Assembly: GCA_964346585.1 (NCBI GenBank)
Contig: CAYFVQ010000121.1
Coordinates: 11,113 to 75,112 of the forward strand
Direction: 5' to 3'
Length of the DNA stretch: 64,000 bases
Source: an uncultured Eubacteriales bacterium
Lineage (GTDB): Bacteria > Acidobacteriota > Aminicenantia > Aminicenantales > Aminicenantaceae
The notes beneath the pieces were generated by a model. It searched no databases, had not been told where the DNA came from, and saw nothing but the letters and a program-made list of their open reading frames with translations. Shown here in pieces: positions 56,873 to 64,000 of the stretch (position 1 is its first letter; each line of letters starts with the position of its first letter). The position numbers and the translations under genes were made by a program.

Positions 56873-58890
56873 AGCAAGAACTTTCAAATAAAAAAATACT
56901 CATCTACACGATTTCATTCTATCTCTTACTCTTGATCTCGGAGTTCACTTTTAACACTCTCTATTTTATCGGCACCTACTCTACGGGAAAAGTCGGCTCG
57001 ACTTTTTTTTCCAAAACGAGTGAAATCATAAGTCTTCTTAAATTTGATGTTATTCTTTATCTCCTGACCCTCATTTGTGTCTATTTAATTTTTTCTTTGA
57101 TCAATTACCTCTTTGTCACGCTGGTTTATCTGGATCTGTCCCAAAGGAGATCCAATCTTCCTTCATCCACTAAAGTGTATTTATTTATTTCTATCAATCT
57201 TTACTTTATCCTCTCCTTGTATTTCTTCAATTCTGTCTTTTATCCCTTCTCGAACATCACAAGATTTGGCTCCATGTTAGTCGGGCCCAATAATTATCAT
57301 TTCTTAAGAATTCTGGCCATCTTCTTTATATGTATTTATTTTATTGGATTCTTTTATTTCTCATTTAAATATGCACAGAAAAAAGTTAAAATTCTCACCT
57401 GGAGTTTTTTGGGACTGATTGCATTATCATTTTTAAATCCCTATTATCATCTCAAAAATCTTTATTATTCTTTTCCTCGAAAAAACAACACAGGACCCAA
57501 TATCATTATTATTGGTCTGGATTCCTTAAACCCAAAACATGCGGGACATTTTGGCTATGAATTGAACACTACGCCCAATTTAGACAGAGTGCTCAAAGAA
57601 TTTGTCGTTTTTAAAAACTCCTACACACCACTCGCTAGAACTTTTCCCTCCTGGTTTTCGATATTAACAGGTCAATATCCAGTATCCAACGGAGCCAGAT
57701 ACAACCTCATCAAAAGAAAATTCATCAACCAAGAATCCAAGACTCTTCCGAACATTCTTAAGGAAAGAGAATATTTCACGGCTTATTTCACTGATGAGAC
57801 ACGATTCAGCAACATCCTTAAAGAGGACGGATTTCAGTATCTGAGGCATCCCATAAAGGGAGTTAAAGATTTCGTTTTTGGCAACTTTCATGATTTCACC
57901 TTGACGAATGTGTTTTTCAATAATCCTCTTGGATACAAAATATTCAATTTTACGGATATAAACAGAGCCGTTTATCATCTTTACAGGAACAGATACTTTA
58001 CAGATGATGTGGTGTCTTTCGTCAACTCATTAAAAACAAAAGAGAAATTTTTCTTGGCCGTCCATTTTTGTGCCCCTCACTGGCCTTACATCTCATCGGC
58101 TCCTTATCCTTATCTGTATGAAAAAGAGTCTAATCCTCTCTATGACCAGTATGATGGGGCTATCCGGATGGTTGACGACCAACTGGGAAGATTAATCAGG
58201 ACAATAAAAAAGAAGGGATTATATGAAAACTCAATCCTAATCATACTCTCTGACCATGGAGAAACCTTCGAAGGGCATGGAACTGATCTAAGAGTATCCG
58301 ACCAGAATCGCATCCTGATCTCATTCAAACTTCCGGGAAAAAATTCTCATTTCCAGAGAAACAGACTGATCGGAACAACCGACATTTTTCCCACAATTCT
58401 GGATTTGTTAGGTTTGAATCATGACAACTATCAATACGAGGGATCAAGCTTAACGCCACTATTGACGGGGAGTGAAAATGAGGGGGACAGCGACAATCAC
58501 ATTTTTTTAGAAACAGGATTTTCTATTGATGTTCCTGGAGGAATAGGGACCTCCTTACAGGAAATGGTTGATGAGGGAATCCATTTTTACGAATGGGATA
58601 GAAGAGGAATTATCACTGTCAAAGAAGAATCTCATCAAGAATTGATAAAAAGAAAACAAAGGGCGATCCAGACAAGCCAATGGAAATTAATCGTGACTCC
58701 TCTCATAAGAAGAAATGAACGCAGATTGGATGTATCTTTATACGATCTTTTGAATGACCCAGAATGCACTCAGGATGTATCTGAAAAGTTTCCGGATGTC
58801 TATGAAAGGTTATTCAAAATATTAATGGACCATTATAAGGACGAAATAACTAAAGAAAACTTCAACAAAACGGCTAATAACAATTCTTGA
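56869..58890 (+). CDS. membrane-anchored sulfatase / alkaline-phosphatase-superfamily protein (LTA synthase / PEtN-transferase-like architecture)
   Basis: About 190-aa polytopic F/Y/I/L-rich N-terminus; catalytic domain 'IIIIGLDSLNPKH', 'TFPSWFSILTGQYP', 'ILSDHGE'. Confidence 0.8.
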   Translation: MKQELSNKKILIYTISFYLLLLISEFTFNTLYFIGTYSTGKVGSTFFSKTSEIISLLKFDVILYLLTLICVYLIFSLINYLFVTLVYLDLSQRRSNLPSSTKVYLFISINLYFILSLYFFNSVFYPFSNITRFGSMLVGPNNYHFLRILAIFFICIYFIGFFYFSFKYAQKKVKILTWSFLGLIALSFLNPYYHLKNLYYSFPRKNNTGPNIIIIGLDSLNPKHAGHFGYELNTTPNLDRVLKEFVVFKNSYTPLARTFPSWFSILTGQYPVSNGARYNLIKRKFINQESKTLPNILKEREYFTAYFTDETRFSNILKEDGFQYLRHPIKGVKDFVFGNFHDFTLTNVFFNNPLGYKIFNFTDINRAVYHLYRNRYFTDDVVSFVNSLKTKEKFFLAVHFCAPHWPYISSAPYPYLYEKESNPLYDQYDGAIRMVDDQLGRLIRTIKKKGLYENSILIILSDHGETFEGHGTDLRVSDQNRILISFKLPGKNSHFQRNRLIGTTDIFPTILDLLGLNHDNYQYEGSSLTPLLTGSENEGDSDNHIFLETGFSIDVPGGIGTSLQEMVDEGIHFYEWDRRGIITVKEESHQELIKRKQRAIQTSQWKLIVTPLIRRNERRLDVSLYDLLNDPECTQDVSEKFPDVYERLFKILMDHYKDEITKENFNKTANNNS

Positions 58891-58945
58891 CTCGCCCCTT
58901 CTCCTCACAAAAATCCTCATACTCTCAAAAAATGACCAGTCAGTG

Positions 58946-59854
58946 TCACTTCTTCTTAAAAAACCGATACCCGAAACGCGTGAGATAGACGCCTGCCAAG
59001 ATAATAACAGCACCGCATACCTGGAGAGGAGTAATCCTTTCAGCCAAGAAGACATAAGCAATGAGCACAGAAAACATGACATTGATATTCCCGTATATCG
59101 CAGTCTTGGAGTTGCCAATCCGCTTCACAGATGTATACCAGATGACATAACACACGGCAATGGCGAACAAACCGGAGTAGAGAAGGGATATCCAGCCTTG
59201 GAATGAGATCTCCTTCCAAGGGATGCGGAAGATAGCCGGTGCAGCAAAAGGCAGATAAAACACTGTCCCGAGTGCAAGGGTCAGGGATGTCCATTTCAGG
59301 GGTGATACTCTGTTCAGGAACGGTCTGGAAAAAACAGTGTAGGCCGCCCAGAGAAGGTTGCCTGAAAAAATCATTACATCTCCCCTCACGTTCTCCCATG
59401 TCAACTGAAAGCCCTCGCCCTGCTGGGTGATGACCAGATAGAATCCGACGAACGAGATTAAAATTCCCACCCAGGCTGCCCACTGGATCTTCTCGTGCTT
59501 TAAAAATGTGCTCAAGAGTGCAATGAAAACAGGTGTCATGCCCATGATGATGGAGGTGTTGGAAACTTTAGTCCAGTTCAGCCCGTGTATGAAGAGCAGC
59601 TGGTATCCGGTGTGCCCGATTATTCCGAGGCCCAGGGCCGCCCAGAAATCAGCCCTTCTCAGCGAATGACCTTCCTTCCTGATGACAAGAACAAGGATTA
59701 ATACCAGGGCCGAAAAAAGCAACCGGAGCCCGTTGAAACCCTGGGGCGAGAATTGACGAAGCGCTATTTTGATCACTGTGAAATTGACAGCCCAGAACAG
59801 CACGGCCAGAAGCATAAAAAAGTCTGTGGCACCGAGTTTCTTGTATTCTTCCAT
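58946..59854 (-). CDS. EamA/DMT-family transporter
   Basis: 10 TM helices in two EamA repeats; 302 aa. Confidence 0.8.
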   Translation of the reverse strand: MEEYKKLGATDFFMLLAVLFWAVNFTVIKIALRQFSPQGFNGLRLLFSALVLILVLVIRKEGHSLRRADFWAALGLGIIGHTGYQLLFIHGLNWTKVSNTSIIMGMTPVFIALLSTFLKHEKIQWAAWVGILISFVGFYLVITQQGEGFQLTWENVRGDVMIFSGNLLWAAYTVFSRPFLNRVSPLKWTSLTLALGTVFYLPFAAPAIFRIPWKEISFQGWISLLYSGLFAIAVCYVIWYTSVKRIGNSKTAIYGNINVMFSVLIAYVFLAERITPLQVCGAVIILAGVYLTRFGYRFFKKK

Positions 59855-59949
59855 TCGAACAGTGAATTATAAGGGATAAACTCTGTGAAGAAAAGAGAGT
59901 GTGAAATAAAAAATCTTGCGCGGAAAATTTAGGGAGGAATAATGAAGCT

Positions 59950-60378
59950 CTATTTCGAACTCTTTGAGGATCGGGGATAATGGGCTTCGACTACAGATGC
60001 TAGGCCGCCTCGTGGGTTGAACTCTCCACTTACAACAGCCTTCACTGGACGACAGGCTTTAACGATGTCCTCCAGAATGCGGTTGACTGCATTCTCATAA
60101 AAAATGCCCAGGTCTCTGTAGGCGAGCATGTACATCTTTAAAGATTTGAGCTCCAGGCAATGATTTTTAGGCACATAGCGGATGACAATGGTCCCGAAAT
60201 CAGGAAGCCCAGTCTTGGGACAGATGGAAGTGAATTCGGGAAACTCAATCTTTATCTCGTAATCAGGAAACTGGTTGGGAAATGTCTCGATGGCCGGCAG
60301 CTTTTCTGTCAAGCCTGCCTTGGCCTCTTTCTCTGTCATACGAGGCATAGTTTTTTGTGTTCCTGTGCCTTTTTTCAT
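59950..60378 (-). CDS. queF: NADPH-dependent 7-cyano-7-deazaguanine reductase
   Basis: 'EFTSICPKTGLPDFGTIVIRYVP' with the catalytic Cys; type I QueF size. Confidence 0.9.
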   Translation of the reverse strand: MKKGTGTQKTMPRMTEKEAKAGLTEKLPAIETFPNQFPDYEIKIEFPEFTSICPKTGLPDFGTIVIRYVPKNHCLELKSLKMYMLAYRDLGIFYENAVNRILEDIVKACRPVKAVVSGEFNPRGGLASVVEAHYPRSSKSSK

Positions 60379-60650
60379 TTTTAAAAGTATATATCAACTT
60401 CATAGAGATGACAATCTCCTCAAGCCATGATATTCACGGCGTACCATTAGAAATCAACCATTCGGACAGATGTCAATTCTGAATAGAACATTCAATTTCA
60501 GCAAGAACAAAATCAAATATTTTGGCTTAGAAATTCTTTTTGATATAATAGCTCTTCCACAGAAGAAGATATGAGCCTTCAACTCTCCAATAATTCATTG
60601 TGGATAAACGTCATCCTTAAAATTGAGGTAGATTCAAGACGGAGTCAATC

Positions 60651-60854
60651 ATGAAAGAATGCCAGCAAGAAAGAAACCTTAAAATCTGTAATTGCTCCTA
60701 CGAACCATGCAGCCGAAAAGGCGTGTGCTGTGAGTGTCTTCAGTATCACTGGGGCATGAATCAGCTTCCCGCCTGTTTGTTCCCCGATGATGTGGAAAGA
60801 ACATATGACCGCTCAATCAGAAGATTCATAGAGATTTATAAAGACAGGGCGTAG
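60651..60854 (+). CDS. small Cys-rich protein (67 aa; possibly DUF6485-like)
   Basis: 8 Cys in '[39 protein letters not shown]'; family name from memory only. Confidence 0.55.
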   Translation: MKECQQERNLKICNCSYEPCSRKGVCCECLQYHWGMNQLPACLFPDDVERTYDRSIRRFIEIYKDRA

Positions 60855-60895
60855 CCTTAAGCGTTTTGAAAACACAGCCAGATAAAAGTCACAGA

Positions 60896-61813
60896 ATGCA
60901 CATTTATGGGCCCGTTCCTTCCCGGCGCTTGGGTTTTTCACTCGGCATCGATATCATCCCTTTAAAGACATGCACACTCGACTGCATCTACTGCCAGTTA
61001 GGCCCCACTGCCCATAAAGCTTTGCAGAGAACAGAGTATTTTTCTCCATCCGAAATCCTGGCCCAGATAAAAGAGAAGCTTGCATCCGGGCAGAGAATCG
61101 ACACCATCACCTTTTCCGGATCAGGTGAGCCGACCCTGAATAAAATCCTGGGAAAACTCATCAAGGAAATCAAAAAAATAACACGCATTCCAGTGGCTGT
61201 TCTGACCAACAGCACGCTATTCACTGACAAAACCGTCAGAAACACATTGATGGCTGCTGACCTGGTCATTCCTTCTCTCGATGCCGCCACCCAGGAAGTT
61301 TTCCTCCAGACAAACAGGCCTTGTTCTCCTCTCGATATCGAAGATATCATAGAAGGATTGAAGGTATTCCGCCGAGAATTCAAGGGGTCAATATGGCTCG
61401 AGGTCATGCTGGTGAAAGGCGTGAATGATTCTCCAGTTCATATCCAAAAACTCCAAGAAGCAGCCTCCAGGATAAAGCCCGATAAAATCCAGCTCAACAC
61501 CGTTGTCCGTCCTCCAGCAGAGAAATTTGCCCATCCGTTGAGCCTCGAAGAAATGGAAAAGATAAGAAAAGCATTCGGGAAAAACTGCGAAATCATCGCC
61601 GAATTCGACAAAAAAACTCTCAAATCATCTCCAAAGGATTTGGAAGGAGCCATCCTGGCCATGATCCAAAGAAGACCCGTGACTCTTTCAGATATCTCAA
61701 CAGCTCTGGGAAGACAGAAGAGCGAAATTAGTAAATACCTTGATGCACTCCTCTCAGAAGGAAAAATTCGGCCTGTCACTCATAAAGATTTAAAGTATTT
61801 CGAACCTGTCTGA
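60896..61813 (+). CDS. radical SAM protein with C-terminal winged-helix-like domain
   Basis: 'YGPVPSRRLGFSLGIDIIPLKTCTLDCIYCQLG' (CxxxCxxC); no SPASM-type extra Cys clusters; C-terminal 'LSDISTALGRQKSEISKYLDALLSEGKI'; ATG 60896 (track start is TTG 60866). Confidence 0.8.
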   Translation: MHIYGPVPSRRLGFSLGIDIIPLKTCTLDCIYCQLGPTAHKALQRTEYFSPSEILAQIKEKLASGQRIDTITFSGSGEPTLNKILGKLIKEIKKITRIPVAVLTNSTLFTDKTVRNTLMAADLVIPSLDAATQEVFLQTNRPCSPLDIEDIIEGLKVFRREFKGSIWLEVMLVKGVNDSPVHIQKLQEAASRIKPDKIQLNTVVRPPAEKFAHPLSLEEMEKIRKAFGKNCEIIAEFDKKTLKSSPKDLEGAILAMIQRRPVTLSDISTALGRQKSEISKYLDALLSEGKIRPVTHKDLKYFEPV

Positions 61814-61976
61814 GTGAGTATAATATTTAAGGAGACGCCCATTGGCGTAATCAGGTCGACTATGATGAGAAAACATATTTATTCAAATGAGATATTCTTC
61901 TCTGGACTTCCACAACAAGCAGAAAAAAGAAACTGTATTTGAATACATAAAACAAAGCCGCAAATAAGGTGTAAGA

Positions 61977-62489
61977 ATGAAGGAAGTTAAAGACTTATCT
62001 AAAAAAGAGCTTTTGGGCCTCCTGGCAGATGCCTCAAAAAACTGGCTGGCCCATGACGGTCTCTGGTTTCGAGTCGTGGAAGATAAATTTGGCCTCGAAG
62101 CGGCCATGGAGCTTGACCGCAAGGCCTGGGAAGAATTCACAGTCATCGAGGCCAAGAGAATAATGAAACGGCTGGGATTGGAACCCGGAGGCGGGATTCC
62201 TGCCCTCGTCCTTGCCTTGAAATTCAGACTCTATGCCCATATCAATGTTCAGGAAGTCAGAGAAATGAGTGAGACACATTGTGTCTTCCGGATGAACTCC
62301 TGCCGGGTTCAGGAAGCGAGACAAAGGCAGGGCCTTCCCGATTTTCCGTGCAAATCAATAGGAATCGTTGAATACAGCGGGTTTGCCAAAACCATAGACC
62401 CACGGATCAAAACCACCTGCTTGACTTGCCCTCCTGACCCTCACCCGCCTGAAGTCTGGTGTGCCTGGGAATTCAAGATTGAGTCTTAG
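61977..62489 (+). CDS. hypothetical protein (170 aa; possibly DUF6125-like)
   Basis: 'NWLAHDGLWFRVVEDKFG' N-terminal motif; C-terminal Cys residues (CRV, CKS, CLTCPPD, CAWE); family name from memory only. Confidence 0.6.
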   Translation: MKEVKDLSKKELLGLLADASKNWLAHDGLWFRVVEDKFGLEAAMELDRKAWEEFTVIEAKRIMKRLGLEPGGGIPALVLALKFRLYAHINVQEVREMSETHCVFRMNSCRVQEARQRQGLPDFPCKSIGIVEYSGFAKTIDPRIKTTCLTCPPDPHPPEVWCAWEFKIES

Positions 62490-62617
62490 TTTCGATGAGC
62501 AAAGAGATAGCAGAGCACTACGACCGCCACTGGCGCGAGTGCGAGGAATGGATTAAATCCCATCCGCACATCCATGAATCTGAGGTTATTGCTTTTTAAA
62601 AAGTCGTCCCTTCCGGT

Positions 62618-63082
62618 GTGGGCCTGGAGATAGGAGTGGGCACAGGGAGGATTGCCTCAGCTCTTTCCATTCGGTTCGGGCTGGACCCTTCAGGGAATAT
62701 GCTCAAACTCGCGCAGCAAAAAAACATCTTGGTGGTCCAAGGCTTCGGAGAAGACCTTCCTTTAAAAAAAGAGTCTTTTAATTTTATCCTAATTGTGTAT
62801 ACTATAGAGCTTGCTGATGATGCCCTCCGTTTTCTCAAAGAAGCCGCCAAGGCTCTAAAGAAGAGAGGTGTATTAATTTTAGGGATTGCAAACAGGAAGA
62901 GCGCCTGGGGAAAATTCTACGAGCAGGAAGCCGCCAAAGGCTTTTGGCACTGGTATTCCATCGAGGAGATACTCCGCTATTTCAAAAAAATCCGCTTCGA
63001 GTTTCAAGAGGCCTTCCATACTCGCGCTCATGCTCCTCCGGATATAAAAAAAATCGAAGAACCCAAAAAAGGATTGGGATAA
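62618..63082 (+). CDS. class I SAM-dependent methyltransferase (truncated or interrupted; in-frame TAA at 62597-62599)
   Basis: Motif I 'LEIGVGTGR', 'LDPSGNML', 'GEDLPLKKESFNFI'; GTG 62618 is the first start after a TAA that interrupts an in-frame ATG-initiated leader (62495). Confidence 0.7.
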   Translation: MGLEIGVGTGRIASALSIRFGLDPSGNMLKLAQQKNILVVQGFGEDLPLKKESFNFILIVYTIELADDALRFLKEAAKALKKRGVLILGIANRKSAWGKFYEQEAAKGFWHWYSIEEILRYFKKIRFEFQEAFHTRAHAPPDIKKIEEPKKGLG

Positions 63083-63178
63083 GGCGGCCTTGTTGTCTTC
63101 AAAGCCGTCAAACAATAAATATTTGTAAAAAGAATATTGGGATTATTTCCTCAGCACATCAGTATTTAAGGAGTCAAT

Positions 63179-64000
63179 ATGTACGATAATACCTATTTTC
63201 CCCGGGCAGAAAAATACTGGCACCAGGGAAAACTCTACGAATGGTCTCATCCTAATGTTCATTCCATGTCTCATGCTCTTCACTATGGCACTTCGGTGTT
63301 TGAGGGAATCCGTGCCTACAAAACTGAGAAAGGCCCTGCGGTCTTCCGCCTTCATGAACACACCGACAGATTCCTGCATTCGGCCAAAACTCTATCCATG
63401 GACGTTCCCTTCAGTAAGGAGGAAATTAACGACGCAATAAAACTTCTGCTAAGGGAAAACAAGCTCGAATCGGCTTATATCCGGCCTCTTCTTTATTACG
63501 CCTATGGAAACTTGGGCTTGCTGCCGAAAGTTGCGCCAGTCGAATTGGTCATCGGCGCATGGGAATGGGGAGCCTACCTGGGTGACAAAACGGAAACAGG
63601 AGTTCAAGTGTATATTGTTCCCTGGAAGCGTGTCCATCGTTCCCAACTGGAAATGACCGCAAAACTCGGAGGAGTTTATGTCCAGTCAGCAATCTGTGGG
63701 ATGGAGGCCCGCTCTCTTGGTCATGACGAAGCTGTTTTCCTTAACCTTGAAGGGAATATAGCCGAGGGACCTGGGGAAAATATATTCATCGTAAAGGATG
63801 GCGTTCTCATCACTAACGACAAATCAGAATCCATCCTGGAGGGCATCACCCGGGAAAGTATACTAGAGATGGCAAAAAGCCTCGGCATTGAAGCCCGCAT
63901 CGGAATAATAACAAAGGAGGACTTTTTTACAGCTGACGAGGCCTTTTTCAGCGGAACAGCCGTTGAAATCGCTCCCATCGTTCGTATAGCTGACGGCTCG
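63179..64000 (+). CDS. ilvE: branched-chain amino acid aminotransferase, 5' part (runs off window)
   Basis: AAGGAG RBS then ATG 63179; 'HALHYGTSVFEGIRAY', 'YIRPL', 'AEGPGENIFIV', 'ILEGITR'; open to the window end so absent from the ORF track. Confidence 0.9.
   Translation, partial: MYDNTYFPRAEKYWHQGKLYEWSHPNVHSMSHALHYGTSVFEGIRAYKTEKGPAVFRLHEHTDRFLHSAKTLSMDVPFSKEEINDAIKLLLRENKLESAYIRPLLYYAYGNLGLLPKVAPVELVIGAWEWGAYLGDKTETGVQVYIVPWKRVHRSQLEMTAKLGGVYVQSAICGMEARSLGHDEAVFLNLEGNIAEGPGENIFIVKDGVLITNDKSESILEGITRESILEMAKSLGIEARIGIITKEDFFTADEAFFSGTAVEIAPIVRIADGS

Overview
This is a 64-kb, densely coding chromosomal segment from a moderately AT-rich diderm bacterium. It carries lipid A genes (lpxK, an LpxL-family acyltransferase, gmhA). 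Taxon cannot be assigned from this window alone. Most genes are housekeeping.

Gene order, left to right:
- A large exported BNR/Asp-box propeller protein.
- lpxK, a lipid A acyltransferase, an MBL hydrolase, rph and a UXS-type decarboxylase.
- A flotillin.
- An aspartate aminotransferase fused to a degenerate PEPCK-like module, followed by a divergent ATP-PEPCK paralog.
- gmhA, bracketed by two copies of a 95-bp inverted-repeat element, then plsC.
- A type IV pilus/T2SS-like cluster on the minus strand: two GspG-like pilins, pilR/pilS, pilC, pilT and a pilB interrupted by an in-frame TAA. A clear sigma-54 promoter and a recurring 15-bp palindrome accompany it.
- tRNA-Arg(UCU) and tRNA-Pro(UGG).
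- A long co-directional minus-strand array: mutL, mpg, mtaB, purE, purD, an SHMT-like gene and rpiB.
- An S41 protease, tatA/tatC, DUF362, an aldehyde dehydrogenase, and a P-loop kinase plus dCMP deaminase pair.
- An exported MurQ/GCKR-like protein plus a DUF1343/NamZ-like protein.
- A complete V-type ATPase operon in ntpFIKECGABD order.
- queCDE, separated from queF by an AT-rich insert (small HTH-like ORF, membrane sulfatase-family protein) and an EamA transporter.
- A Cys-rich small ORF, a radical SAM gene, a hypothetical gene and a methyltransferase with an in-frame TAA.
- The 5' part of ilvE.

I found no rRNA, CRISPR array, transposase or integrase.

The most unusual items are:
- the AspAT::PEPCK-like fusion next to a PEPCK paralog;
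- the repeat-bracketed gmhA;
- a family of GGGG(A/T)CAG-armed palindromic intergenic elements;
- a nested tandem/inverted repeat array between mpg and mutL;
- two otherwise intact genes cut by in-frame TAA codons.

All functional calls come from motif recognition by eye. No database search was run.
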